A stretch of 64,000 bases of DNA, from the NCBI GenBank assembly GCA_013265495.1, contig MU058065.1, positions 7,998,302 to 8,062,301 on the forward strand, given 5' to 3'. Below, in pieces: positions 10,046 through 23,899 of the stretch. Positions within the stretch are counted from its first letter, which is position 1, and every line of letters begins with the position of its first letter. This stretch comes from Vicugna vicugna. Lineage: Eukaryota. The notes below the pieces were generated by a model. The model made no database searches. It was not told the origin of the DNA and saw only the letters and a program-made list of their open reading frames with translations. A program made the translations under genes and the position numbers.

Positions 10046-13000
10046 TTTTTTAACTTTCTCTTTCCTCCTACCCCATGTGATCCCATCTTCCCTACCTAGT
10101 CCATTCCTATCCCTCCTACATCTGGATCTAGCCACACTATCTTCTAATACACAGCAGATCACTTTTCCTATTTAATCCCATTTTTCCAAAACTCAAACAC
10201 AGCTCCGGGGCTGCCCGTTGTGGGAGTACACCAGGTCCCATGACCCAAGAAGACAGGAGGCTTCCAACCAGAAATTGTGTTACCCTCCCTGTTCTGCGAT
10301 CTCTCTCTGGAACAGCTCCAGAAGTCTCCTAAACACGAATTCTTAAAACTATTAACTTTTATACTGCTCACATAGAAAGATAAATCATCCTGAGTCATAG
10401 TTGGAGCCAGCTCCTTCCAAAGTCAGCCTGGGGTCCATTAAGACTCATAGTTAAGTGGCCAGCATAGCAAGTCCTGCTACAAAACGAACTCTACAGGAGC
10501 ACATGCGCTCACCCTCAAAATCCTTCTAACTCTCCTCTATAAGAAACCTCATATAAAACCTAGAAGAAATCTTGTGCAGAAAGGATACAAAGCTACAGCA
10601 GGAGGATGGCTGCCTCTGCAGCGGGAAGGCAGGCATGGGCTGCAGCAGGAGGTGGGCTGTTCTCTGTAACGCATTTCCTTTTAAAACAAAATCTCAAACA
10701 ACATGGCGAAATCGTAATGTGTGTGGTGAGGGGAGGATATCTGTTATATTATCTTCTGCTCTTTGAATGTTTGAAATATACCATAATTAACAACTTAAAA
10801 TGTAAAAAAAAAAAAAGACTTCTTTTCTGCACTTTGGCTGAAGACCTTATTCTAATTATTCATCAGAGAAGCTTTAGGGCATCCTTTGATGAACCCAAAG
10901 TAATCAAGTTCTGACCTGGCCATCCCCCAGCTCCGAGGGAAAGTGCTCATGAATATAACGGCTGGGGGGACTTGGAGAAACTCCCACCTCCAGCTGGATT
11001 GGTGCTGTCAAGGCAAAAGGGCAGTGCCAAGACTGGGGCAGTGCACAGTGCACCCACGAAGCATTGATGGATGTCCATCCATGCTTTTGCTCCCCCCTCC
11101 CCCCCATCCCCATTGTCAGAGACTTCCCACCAGAGCCTGCTTCTTTTTCCATCTCTAAAGGAGGCGTGTTTGAAATGATGTATCTATTCTGCCACCTAGC
11201 CTTCAGCCACATCACTACAACAAAACTGCCCTCTTCTGCACCAACCTCATCTTGTTGAATTTCCCTAATCTTGGGGAGGACCTGGGCGACTGGGTACTTT
11301 ATTTCTTAAGGGTCACTGTACCTTAGATTTGAACCAGGATGAGGTGACAGCATTAGAATGCCTGATGTGGGCTGGCCTCTGGGAAAGGGGACTGGTCAAT
11401 CTCATAATGTCTTTAAAACAGAATGACTACTCACCGTGGGGAAAAGTTTAGGCAAAGCTAAGAGAGTGGTGAGAGCAATGCACAGGACTGAATGACTATG
11501 AGATCCTTAGCTACATTTTCCTTTCCAACTGGAGGAATCCATGATATTTTATGTCCCATGAAAAACCTAGCTTTCCCAAATTATCAGGCATCACTCTTGC
11601 CTAGAAAATCACTTAGAAACTCACAGAAAATGACCAGAGGAAAGGACTCAAGCTTTACAAAACACAAATACTGTGTACCCTGGAAAAGTTGTCCAGAGAA
11701 AAGCACAAATCTGACTGGGTTGCATTTCCTTGAAATTTGGTCTTGATGTGCAGTTAATCTTTTAAAGGAGTGGACAAGGGTGATCTCTGGGGAACAGGAC
11801 ACATGTGGATGATACTTAACTTCTTACTTCTCCAAGAAAGATGTGGTTGAAAGACATCAAAGTTGTAATATACCAGAGTTGGGAAGCAGAGTTGGGAAGC
11901 TTGTGGCAGTGAAGAAGGAAAGTGATTCCCACCTCTGATGTTTGAATCTGGCAGGTATTAAATGAGCCATCCCATTCTCCCAACCCCAACAAAATTCACT
12001 AATGCAAACTTTTTTCCCCAGAAGTAATCTTCTAAAGATGATTGTGAACAGGTCTAGGGCTTCCAGACGGAGGCGGGGGAAGGATGGATTCAAGAAAGGG
12101 TCCTCGGCATCCCCCATAGTCCAATATCCTAAAACAGACCTTCCCTCTTCACTGGCTGTTGGATGTTAATTGTGGGATTTTAAAGGTAAACGCATCCAGC
12201 CAGGAGCCCATCTTTGGACCAAATTACTACAATCACAGGCAACTGAGCGTCCTTTTCCTCTAATGCCCTCCCAGCGAGCCTACCTGAGGGTCCCCTGGAC
12301 AGCAGCTTCCGTCCCATCAGCCAACTCTCAGGCCCTCATGACAGAAGCCCGTTTCTAAGTGGAGAGTAGGGTGGTCACTTCTCCACATTACAGACCTGCA
12401 GAGTCTCCCTGCACCCCGCCCCCATCGCCGCCCTATCCCACGAACGGGTTCCTGCTTCCTTTCTCTCTACCCTTTTCGTCTTCTCTATGAATCATCCCAC
12501 TCCCTTTTACCTGTCTTCACACATTTTATTTTCCAGCCACTGGAAGTCGGCTAGACAAAAAGACGTGTCACTGAGGCCGTCTCTCTCAGAATAGAGGGTG
12601 GCTGAAACTAGGCAACTCATGTTTCTCTGGAAGGAGCACCACAATTTCCCCATTCATCTTAAATGCTACCAGTGTGCCCAGAGCCGGCTTTGCTGCGGAG
12701 CTGGTGCAGAAATAGGAGCAGGGGCCGGAACACACATCGCACACTGTTCAGCCACTCTTCTGCCCAAACTTGACACAAAGGGGAAAATAATACGTGATCT
12801 CCCTCACTCCTCAAATATTCCAACCAAAGTTTTGAATATTAATTTCCCCCTACCTTACAGAGACACAGGGGAGAAGCAATGCTAATGAGCGTCCCTTTTT
12901 TTCTTCTTCTTTTTTTTTTTTCTTAAATCTTTACACACAGCTCCTCCTCCCTCTCCCAGCCAACACTTGAAGCCTCTCTGGCAATACGAACAAAAGAACA

Positions 13001-14184
13001 ACTTTAAATTTCTGTCTTGATTTTTAAAAGAGCCTTTCGGCAAATAGATAAGTGGGAAGAGAGATCAGGATCTGGGGATGTTAACAGCCCGGAGGGAGAT
13101 GCTTCTGAACCAAACCAACAAGAGAAATATTTTTTTAAAAGCAGCCCTACAGAAGGAATTATTGTCATAGATGAGGGTGCAGTCTAGTGGCAAACTTCAT
13201 GAAATGCAGCCCCTTCTCCAAAGAGACATTAGAGCCCTGCCAGAGGGACGAAGAGCAATGTAAAAGGGTGACAGTCCTGCCCCAAGTTCCCCCAGATGGG
13301 GCAGCCACAGGGGCTCACCTCTCTCTGATCTGGCTCTGATGTCTATAACACACCCCTGCTAAGTTCAGGAAAAAACTAAAATTCCCACCTTCCTTCTTTT
13401 AAGACTGTAGCTTTCTTTCGTTTTACTAAGGAAAGAAGGGACCACAGTGTCCAAATAGATAGCCTGAGGTTCCAATGGGTAACAGTGTTCCAGGTCCGGA
13501 TCATTTCAGAGCTAAGCCCTGAGGCCCCGCCAGCTTAGTCCCTGGCTGCGCCTGCTAGCACCAATTTACCCCAGAACAAGGGGTCCCTCTGGTCTGTAAT
13601 CCGTTTCCTCTGGGAATGTGGCCTTGCCCAACAGATATACCCCTTTCAGAGAAGGTGGGGGCAAGGTGTCACTCCACTCTGCCTTCCTTTTACCTGAAAA
13701 CCCCACACCAGGACACTTTAGGCTGCCAGGCAAGATTTTCAGTCTTTGCATTTCCTCCAAAGTGTCAGTCTCTGTAACTGCTGCCTACAGTGTTGCTGGT
13801 GTGACTGTCCCCTTCTGCAAGAACACACAACACACACATACACACACACATCTTTCACTTGGTCACTCAGAACCGAGCAGATAGCCATTTCCTAAAGCTA
13901 AGAAAGAATTTCTTGAGCTACCCTAGGTATCCAGTTGGCTAATAAGAAAATACTCCCTCCAGCCTGGACCTTGGCTAGTTAAAGGGTAGGAGGGAAGGGG
14001 AGACGAATTACTCCTTATTGTATCCACGGTGCTGCGAAGAACTCTCTTCCACTCGACCCCCCCACCTCCTTCCCCCTCTCGGCAGCCCCAGTGCGACCCC
14101 CCACCCCGACCCCGTGCTTCTTTCTTCCATTCTGGGTAGAGGAGGGCTCTGTTCAGCAGCGAAGGGGAGCCCCCGTGTGTCTAG

Positions 14185-14335
14185 AAGGCCTCTCCCCACC
14201 CCCACCCCGTGTGAGTTTGTACTCCTTGGCATCCTTGCCTGGGTTGGGTGTTGGGGAGCTCAAATTGCAGCTACAAACTGGCTGGCAGCCAGGGGCCGTC
14301 TATTTAAAAGCGCCTGCTCCACCGGAGCCCGTAGT
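14185..14335 (+). promoter_or_regulatory. IGFBP5: IGFBP5 core promoter
   Basis: CACCC boxes ~14193-14208, caaattgcag 14261-14270, NFI-type TGGCTGGCAGCCA 14279-14291, AP-2-type GCCAGGGGC 14288-14296, TATA-like TATTTAAAA 14301-14309. TSS inferred ~14330. Confidence 0.85.
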
Positions 14336-14579
14336 CTCTTTGGAAACTTCTGCCGGGGAAAAAGAGCTAGGAAAGAGCTGCATAGCGGTGTGGGTTTTTC
14401 CTTTTTTTTTTTTTCCCCCTCCTTTTTATTACCCCCTCCTCCGTTTGCACCCTTCTTCGGGCTTCACGCAGAACCTGCGAATTTCGAAGAGGTGCTGACA
14501 GAGTGGGAGAAAAGAGGTGTTAGGGGTTTGGTTTTTTTTTCTTTTTTTTAATTTCTTGACTTCAACATTTTCCTCCACC

Positions 14580-15720
14580 CTCGCGGCTGCAGCCGCCACC
14601 TCTTACCTGCTTCCGCGGCAGCCGCGCGCCGCGGGCAGCTGAGGGTTAGAAAAGAGTGGGGTGCACTTTGAGATTTTAAACAAAAATTTTGAAGACAAAT
14701 CCATTTTTCTCCCCCTACCCCCTCTCCTCCACAGCCTCCTAACTCATTATTCTTGTGGTTGTTTGAGGGTGAACAATTTTTGGCTCCCCCCGCCCCCTCG
14801 CAGTTCTGACCCGGTCGGGCTCGGGGGTTTGTTTCTCCGGCCTCCAATCCCTCTGCGTGCACCTGGCGCTGCTCTCCGCCTCCCCCCCCACCCCTACCTG
14901 TTGCAAGTCTGTAATCTTTGAAGTTGGGACTTGCTTGCAGGCGCCCCAGCCATCCGTCGCTCCCTACATTTTGCAATTGGGGGAGGGCACCTGCTCTACC
15001 TGCCAGAAATTTAAAAGAATTTTTTTTTTCTCCGCGCGCCTTTTTGGCCCCTTTCTCCCAGCACTCTCGCTCTCCTGCCCCGCCCCAGGTAAAGGGGGAG
15101 AGTCGGAGAAGATGGTGCTCACCGCGGTCCTCCTGCTGCTGGCCGCCTGTGCGGGACCGGCCCAGGGCCTGGGCTCCTTCGTGCACTGCGAGCCCTGCGA
15201 CGAGAAAGCCCTCTCCATGTGCCCCCCCAGCCCCCTTGGCTGCGAGCTGGTCAAAGAACCGGGCTGCGGCTGCTGCATGACCTGCGCCCTGGCCGAGGGG
15301 CAGTCGTGCGGCGTCTACACTGAACGCTGCGCCCAGGGGCTGCGCTGCCTCCCCCGGCAGGACGAGGAGAAGCCGCTGCACGCCCTGCTGCACGGCCGCG
15401 GGGTCTGCCTCAACGAAAAGAGCTACCGCGAGCAAGCCAAGATCGGTGAGCGCGCTCAGTGTGCTAGGCAGTTCCACGGCGCACGGGCGGGGGACACGGG
15501 ACATGCTGGCCCCGCGCGCTCTGCCCAGCAAGTGGCTTAGAGCCGGGGCGCAGCTCGGGAGGAGGGCGGGGAGGGTCCTTGCACCTCGGAATTGGAGCCC
15601 TGGCGGATCCTGCTACCTGGGGCTGCTGTCTAGCCGGGTTTTCGCTCCTTCTCCTCGCCCCTGCCCCCACCTCCTCCACCCCACCCCTCCCCCCTCGACT
15701 GAATACCGACTCTGAGCGCC
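14580..15720. other. IGFBP5: CpG island over IGFBP5 exon 1
   Basis: Visibly high GC and CpG density; not computed. Confidence 0.75.
15112..15445 (+). CDS. IGFBP5: IGFBP5 coding exon 1 (signal peptide and N-terminal IGF-binding domain)
   Basis: [58 protein letters not shown]... with the GCGCCxxC motif; 334 nt; donor G|gtgagc. Confidence 0.99.
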
Positions 15721-17437
15721 TGTACGGTCTCTAGGTCCAAATCCCAGGTAGTCAATCTCCAGTCCGAAAGTGTGCACGTTACATTACTAACTCCTTCCTC
15801 CACCACCCGCCATACACCTATTTTGTTGTGGGTTTTTCTTTTCTTTTCTTTTTTTCTGAACTTGTAAAAAAAGATCTCTTTTATTAAAATATTGCTTCAA
15901 CTAGGGACCTGGAGAGAGGCGTTACCGGTCTTCTGTGCTAATTCCACCTTTGTCCCTCCCAGCCCCCTACTTCCCCTACCAGCCCCTCCTTGACGTTTCT
16001 ATTCTGCTACCCCGCCACACACACACACGCACTCACATGCACACATAAGCACGCACGCACCCTTGGTAGCTATGCCTTTTGGGTGGGGGCTTAGATGCCC
16101 CTCCCACGTGCACGCCCACTGCTCTTGACTTGATCTGGTTGATTGTGGTAGGTTGTAAAACACTCTAAAATTCAAAATACCTTTTCTCCTCCCTGGGAGG
16201 GAAAGATTACTTTCAGCAAGCTGGGCGGCGGCGGGGAGGAGTGGGGGAAAGGGATCGGAAGGAAGGGTTTGGCGTTCCTGAGCTGGGTGTTCGTCCCTGA
16301 ATCTAATTCCTTTTCCCCTACCCCAATTCAGATTTCACCTAGGAGGAAAGGAAGGAATAGGGTTTAGAGGCCAGAGGGATGTGAAATTCAGACATCATAG
16401 CTTCCCCGCCAGTGCTAATCCGCCCCCACTTCTCGCCGCTCAGTCTCTCAAACCAGATCACAAGTGGGTGTGGTATAAATGCAAGAGGGGCCCTGGAAAC
16501 GCAGAATGCAAAATCAAGGGGCGGAGACGGAAAAGCCAAGCACCCGGAGCCTCCCCTCCGCCTCCAACTAGCCACGCCCCCTGGTTGTCCCGCCCCCAAA
16601 TTCTCAGTGCCTGGAGTCTAGGTTTTAAAAGGTTGACAAAACTAACTTGTTCAATGAGAACAATTCTGCCCCCCCTTAGACTGGGTGTGCTTTTGGAAAG
16701 TTACCTGATCTTAATTTTTTTTTTAAGTTTCATGAACTATACACAAAAAGTCTGGGTTCTGAGACGTCAGCCTCGTTACTGATCCTCTCCCAAAGGGGTT
16801 AAGACTTGGCAAAATAATGTTTATTCTGTGTCGTAGTTTCTTACTGGGACAATGGCCTTCTTCCCCCATCCCCTTCCATTACAAGCATCCCAAACATGAG
16901 TTTTCTTAACTGCAAACTACAGACACTATGATGCAGGAAAAGAGTGCGGTGGCACTTGAGAAGTGGCAGGAGAGCTTTTCAGCCTGGGTTCAACCTGGAT
17001 CCCCGCAAACCCTGCAGGTTTCCCTGCATCAGGCGGCAGCCCCTCCACCTTTACAAGAGGTAGACTTTCTCCAGATTGCAGCCTGCAAAAAGGGACCGAG
17101 GGCAGTGTGCAGGCCCCGGAGGGCCCAGAGACCGGTTTGTGAAGTTATTTTTATTAAGAGCCACTTTTCAAAGGCGGTCCCGCCCGCCTTCATCTTGTGG
17201 GATGTGGATTTGGAAAAGCTTAGCACCAGGGAAAAAGGTATGAATCGATTTCCTGGCTTGGAAGCGAGCGCGCTGGGTAACCATCCGGTCACATCGAAAG
17301 TATGCAAGGTATCGCTCAGCCGCATTCTGGCCCCACTTTTATTTGCCCTACCGTGTGGTTGGTATGATGTGGTTGGTGTGGAGGGTGCGCGCGCGCGCAG
17401 TTGCTGGGAGAGCAAATTGGCACATCCAGCTTTCCAG

Positions 17438-17439
<2 letters not shown>

Positions 17440-17485
<46 letters not shown>
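17440..17485. repeat. (CA)23 microsatellite, IGFBP5 intron 1
   Basis: Counted directly. Confidence 0.95.
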
Positions 17486-17488
<3 letters not shown>

Positions 17489-17979
17489 CCCAACGGGCTT
17501 TTATCCCAAGCAAGATAGCCTCTAGATTTCTCCGCAGCCCCTTCCTCAGCTCACATCTTCACGATGCCTCTGGGCCAACACCGAGCAGCCTTCCCACCCC
17601 GCCTCCACCCCCATCCTAGACACTCTCGCAGACTCCGCCCTTGCCTAAGACAGGTGCCGGACTCACTGCAGGATGACTGCCCTTGACCCGCGGCCGGGGT
17701 TGACTTCTTCCTCCCGGACAGATGGGAAGGGGGTTGGCGCTCCTGGCTAGAGCCTTTCAGCTCCAGAGCCGCTGGGTGGGTCCCCCAAAAGTTAAAGATG
17801 GTGCAGCGACAGTACTTAGAGGAAATGAGCAGAGAGAGGGAGGAGAGTGTCGGCTCCTTTGACCAAAATTGCTGCCCCGAGACCCCACCACCACCACTTC
17901 CCCTTACCAATTTCAGCAGTGCAAACTTGCATTTGGCCCTCCCGCGGTTGCGGTATAGATTTAGATACAGACATAGATG

Positions 17980-18062
17980 ATATATGTATGTGTATACACA
18001 TGTGTGTATATATATACACATGTATGTATATATATACACACACACATATATATATGTATGTA
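17980..18062. repeat. Compound (TA)/(TG)/(CA) microsatellite
   Basis: Directly visible. Confidence 0.85.
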
Positions 18063-21000
18063 TTGAAGGAGGTTAAAAATTAATTTTTTTCAACCAAAAA
18101 AATCGTTGCATTTCTGGAATCAGAAATGGGGAGCTGAGGAGGGCGAGATGGCAGGCAGCCAAAGCTTCTGGGAGGAAGAGTGGAGGGCGGGCGGGGACTG
18201 GTGTTTTGCTAGGCACGTTGCTGAGCAACGGGAGGAGTCCGCCCGGGAGCTCGGTGCTGGGAGCGCTAGGGCCTTGCATTTTATTTTGGCCAGTTCAGAG
18301 GCAAAGATAGATACAGAAACAGAGGGCAGTGTGTGTGAGGCTGGAGGGAGGCGGGAGACAGGAGTTATTTATTGGGACAAGCTCAATAAATATGGGTGCG
18401 CTGGGTCGAGTCAAGGAAGGACCCGGCTTTGCTCTGGGCATGTTTGGAGAAGGAGCCTTGTGGCTTTACTGGCCTGCATACTTGCCTAGGTCTGGAAGAT
18501 CTCTCTTGTGCCTGTGAGACATTAAGTTTGGGCTACAGGGAGAAGTGGGTTCTGGGTTTCAGTTCTGTCATTGAGAAATAAGAAAGGAAGAACAGAAAAC
18601 ATGCTTCTGGGAAAGAAAAACAAATACCTAAATAAAAATGAATTCAGCTTTTGCTTCTTTGAGGGGTTTGGCCCTCCATCGCCCTGGCTTCCACTCCCAG
18701 CCTGGTCCAAGTGCCATGTTGAAGTCAAGTCCCAGAGTTAGTTTTATTGGCCAAATTTGTGTCTGGGTTGAGCAAGATCATGGAAAAACTGAAGGAGCCA
18801 GATTCCTTTCCCACCCGTATCCCCTCCCTTTGAAACAAGCCTTCAGGAGGCTGGCCATGGCCCGAACCAACCAAAATGGAAGCTGGGAAGGAAGACAAGA
18901 GAGGGTGCTTTATCTTGACTTTTCTTGCCTTCCCCCTCCCCTCCCTTCTCCTCTTTCTGCTGTGTCAGCTCTGACTGGAAGAACAAGCCCTGTTGACCAA
19001 AGTGAGAGCTCATTTTCCTTCCATTTCTCTTCTTTCCCCCCATTTCTTACCACACCCTCCCCTCCCAACCCCTTCTCCACCCCCAACTCCGCGGCATCCC
19101 CTGAGGGCTTGAGTTTTAGTCTGAGCAGCTGTGCGTTAGCCCCGGGGCTGGGGTTGGATTTGAGCAGGCAGGTGGGTTTGCAGCTGCAGAGGGAGGGCCA
19201 GGCTGACCTAGGAGCCAGAGGTCACCGGGAGGGTTGCAACAAAGGGCATGTGAGCAGGAATCCCAACAGAAGGTGGGGAGGGGGGAGGGGGAGGAGCTAG
19301 CAGAAAAGGAAGGTGATTTTTTGTCGTCTGAAGTTTTTACTTTGTACCTGAGCAATATCTTTGAAGCTTTGAGTTATGTAATGTATGGAAAATAAGATTT
19401 TGAAGACGGGACCACCACTTTCCAGGCCCATTGCCTCCAGAATTTGGAAGAGCACTGTAAATAGACCGGGTACCAATGAGGTCCCCCTGGAAGCATAAGT
19501 GAAGAGGGCTAAGAATGGTTGCCCTGAAAGACATGGAAGCAGTTTGGTAGCATTTGGTTTGAGTTTGTGTTTTTCAGTTTTTTCTACCATGGTCAGTCCA
19601 AAGGTTGCAAGCTAGAGACCATCCTTCAGTTTTAATCTGGATATATGCTTTCCAAAACAATAAGATTTATTACATACTTGAAAAATAAAGAAGCAAATAA
19701 ACAGAAAAGCCAGTTCTAAGTTCCTGCTCCAGAGAATCCCCACACTTGTTTCCAGCTCTATTTCTTTCCATGATTTCTGTTATGATGTCTTTTTTTTTTC
19801 CTTCTTCTTAAATATGAATTCAGAGCAGTGACTGGAAATCTCTATGAGAGTTGAAGTGGCCTTTCCTGCCTGGCCACTCAGCTTAGCTTGGCCCTCGCGT
19901 CTCTCCAGGAATTGTCTGGGTATTGGCCAAAGAATGCTACAGCTGGAAGGGACCCACGGTGATTGTGGCACGGGGCAGTCGGGGCCATTATTTACAGATG
20001 AGGACGCTGAAGCCCAAAGTGCGAGTCACTAGCCCAGAATTAGGGGCAGGGTTAGAGGCAGAGCCAGCACTCCATCTCAGTCTTAGAACCCTGTTGAGTC
20101 TAAGCCTCCATTCCATTACCTCCAGCTTTCTTCCTTAGGCACTAGGGCCCTGGCCTGGGCCTGGTCTAACCTCAATAAAGCCTTTGACAAACACCACCAA
20201 TGCTGTCATCCCATAGCAGTGTTTGTGAAGGTGAGGTCAGAGCTCAGAACTGGGGGGCGCTCCGTTTGAGGGAAGGAAGTGGCCCCAAGGTGGAGAGTGC
20301 AGCACTTCTTTATTCCAGTCCCTCTCTGGCTTAGACCAGTGGTTTGGTGACAGATGGGGGCAAGGAGGGTGGAAAGGGGTGGTGCCCGGCCCAGACAGTC
20401 CATGTGCCAGACCTCATTTCCTGAAAGACAGGGAACTCTGCTAATGGGGGGGAGGGGGCAGGCAGGCCCTCCCTGCCCGTTGGCTGGGCCGAGGTCTGCA
20501 GTCTCTACGAGCACACAGCACAGAAGCATCTGGCTGCCCATGGCAACCAGCCCCCACTGGCGAGGGCTTCCATGGAGCTGGGTGGCAGGATGCTGAGAGC
20601 TGAGCTCAGGTCAAGGCGGGATGAGGGAGTGCTGCGGGATTTGTGCATCAGAAGAAAAGAGAAAACTGCATGCCACCAAAGTTGTCAAGGAAGAAAGCGA
20701 GAGTGTCGCAGGGCTTTTTAACATGCAGGTGGGTCTGAGCTCTTTCAGGAGGAGAGGAGAGGAAGACCTCCAGATTACAGCTGGGGGCCTCAGGTTGATC
20801 TGAGGAATTGCCGGGAGTCATCCTCATACATCTTGGAGGCTGCGGCAGCTCCTCCCATGAGGGATTCCTAAGAAGGAGGCAGATAAGATAAGGCTCTCTT
20901 CCCTATAGGTTAGACCACCAGGTGAGCCCTAGGGGAGTTTTAAAATAAATAGGAACCCCCTGGCAATGGGCAAAGAGACATCTGATTGGTGGCATTGCTC

Positions 21001-21111
21001 TTATATCAGTCAGGGGCAAAGAAGATGTCCAGCCCTTTGTTCATCCTAGCTTGATGCCTGGATTGGTCGGCCAGAGCTGTTTCATGCCTGAGGAACATAA
21101 AATTTAAAATA

Positions 21112-21145
21112 ATATAAAATAAAATAAAATAAAATAAAATAAATA
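21112..21145. repeat. (AAAAT)n repeat
   Basis: Directly visible. Confidence 0.85.
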
Positions 21146-21382
21146 GTTTACCTTATTTTTGATCTCTCAGCCTAAACCATCAGAGATCATCCTCTTCCTT
21201 TGCCAAATCCTGAAGCAAGACTCAGACTGAATTTGCACTCAGAACCAGCTTCATGTGACCTCTGCTGGTTTGCAGAGATGCTTCATGTGAACTGTTTAAA
21301 TTGCACCATCACAGCTCTACTGGGCATGCTCCCCAGTTTCCCTGTCACTTCAGTGAAGATGACTTATTAAAGACCCTTTAGA

Positions 21383-21903
21383 AGAGCACTGTCCAATTGA
21401 GATATAACAGAAGTCACGTGTTAAGTAATTTCAAACTTTCTAAAAGCCACACTTTTTTAAAAGGTAAAAAGAAACAGGTGAAATTAATTTTAATTGCATA
21501 TTTTAATTCACTATATCTGATAAATTATAATTCTTACTTACACTCAAAATAAACAATTATGAGATATTTTACGTTCTTTCATATTAAGTCATTGAAATCT
21601 GACGTGCATTTTACATTTATAGCACATCTCAGTTCAGACACCAAATTTTCATTGGAAATACATGACCTGTATTTTTAGATTTCATAAGATTCACAGTTGA
21701 AAAAGTAGACTCATATACCCAAGTTGTCCCAAACATACTCAGAAGTTTTCCAATAACCAAACCGGGTATTGTTTTTGGTTTTTTTTTTTTAACTTGAATT
21801 AATTTAAATGAAATAAATTTTAAAATTCAGTTCCACTAGCCACATTTCATTCAAGTGTCAAAAGCCACATGTGGCTAGTGGCCACCTTATTGGACAGTGG
21901 CCA
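21383..21903. mobile_element. hAT-Charlie non-autonomous element (MER33/Charlie5-like)
   Basis: Perfect inverted repeats cactgtccaat (21387-21397) and attggacagtg (21889-21899); internal agccacatgtggctagtggc motif. Confidence 0.85.
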
Positions 21904-23899
21904 CCAGTGAGCCCTTCCCTTACCTGAGGAGGGAACTGCTGTCTCCACTCTCTCTCCTCCTGCTCCAAAACACTCAAGGAGGAAAAGAGTCTGAACTATA
22001 AGTGTCACACAGGACAGACTCCCTTGTTTGACTCCTAGCAAGTCTTTCAGGGGGCCAGGGAGAAAAAGAAAGAATTCAAACCGTCTGCTCCCTGCAGCCC
22101 CCTTCTGGTCATGCCGGACTTTTCAGGAAATGTGGCTACTCAACTGTGCTGTCCTGAATGGGTTGTGATGAGTCAGGCATGGGAGTGTGGCTAGGTCAGA
22201 GAAATGGCCCCTCACTTCCTCCCTCTCCTCAGCTCCCCTCCCCCCATTCAGAAGCTGCTGCCCACATCATGCCTGGTGTGGGGTATGTGTAGATAAAGGA
22301 TACAGGTGCTTCTACTGAGCATGCTCCACCTTCCCCAAGTCTAGAGGGACCTGGCTGGAGATACTCACCTTGGGAGCTGTGCATAAGTGTATTTCTTACG
22401 TGTAACTTTATCACCAGGTGCCTCCCAGGGATCAAGAGATCCCTGAGTCACGATCCTGCATCCTAGTTTGGCCCCAAGGAGGGAAAATGAGGAGGACCCT
22501 TCCTTTACAGTGGAAGATGTGTGAGTGGGACCCCAGCTTTTCATTCTGAAGAAATGTCACCAACTTGACACCTACCACATCTGCACTGAGGAGAGTGGTG
22601 GGTCACCTTTTCTCTCCATCTTTAGGCAAGGAGATTTCGTGCCTTAATGTAGCATGAAGGAATGGGATTAGACAAGGGACGAACTCCCAGGCTGAGTTCT
22701 CTAAGTGGGAACTGGTTTGCAGAAGCATTTGTGCAAAGTCCCTCTTACCTGGGAAGACCAGGGCAGAGCCATCGCTTCCCAACAGACCCTTCTGCAGACT
22801 GAAGAGCCTTAGATCTTGTGGTCTACAAGTAGACACCTGTCAACTGTGTATCACAGCAACCAGATTTTTAGTTGATGATTGGAACACGGGAGGCTAGAAG
22901 CAACAGAGATCTACAAACACAGAGACCTGTGCTGAGAGTTCATTAGCACATGACCCTTGGAGAGGGGCCTATTGTCATCCTCTCAGTAACCCAGATGAGG
23001 AAACTAAGACAAGGAGAGGCGAGGAAGAGACTAAGAGAGGTCAAAGCACGTCTGCACCAAGACTTATTGAGCCCCATCTTCCCTCCAGGAAGGGTGACTG
23101 CAGGTTAAGCGCTGGCAGTCTGGTTCCTGATTCTATTTATCTGCTTTGCTATACCATGTCTTTACTTCTCTGCTCAGGACAGAGATGTTACATACCTACG
23201 ATGGCCAACTTTGCTGTTGGTTCTCCTGGCCTGAAATGGGCTGGGGGCTGTAAAGGAGCTCAGTGGGGTAAGCTCATCACTCTTGTTGTCCAGTCTCCGA
23301 CTCTCTGAATCTGCTCCCTGCCTCTGCCACTCACCTCAAGTCAGCAAGACTCCCCTCCAGTGTCTTTTTGCAACTCTTCCCTTCTTGCAACTGTTCCTTA
23401 GGGTAACAGTTGTTTTAATCTCTTTTTCTTTTGGAACGTCAGCGCTCCTTTCCTTCTCAGCTCATAATTCAGGCTAAGAAGAGCCCAGAACATGCGCATC
23501 CTGTTACTGACCACAGAGGAAAAGAAAACAGAGTCTTCCAAGAGAGACTGGGGCAGGGAAGACACTGGTCAAAGATGCTATGGGGAGGAGCAGGGATGCT
23601 GGAGCTTCCCCGGAAGGTTCCACGCCGTCCCTACGGCCCCTGTCCCCCTTTTCTTTATGCAAAGGCACACACACAGTGTAATTGAGTCTCTTGGTATCTG
23701 CAGCTGGGAAACGGTTGAACTTCAGGAGACTGAGACATGTCTCAGATTTTTTTAAACAGTGAGCAGCTGAGCCATCATTTTTGCATAAGCCTCATGTTGT
23801 GGCAAAGAGCAGGAGGCTACAAGTTGACTAGAAAACAGGGCAAAGTGGGGAGGAGGCACGAAGCATCCAGCCTTACCCAGACACAGATCAGTGTCCTCA

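Noticed and set aside
14548..15531. 327-aa minus-strand ORF
   Set aside because: Antisense shadow of the GC-rich IGFBP5 exon 1; no recognisable protein.
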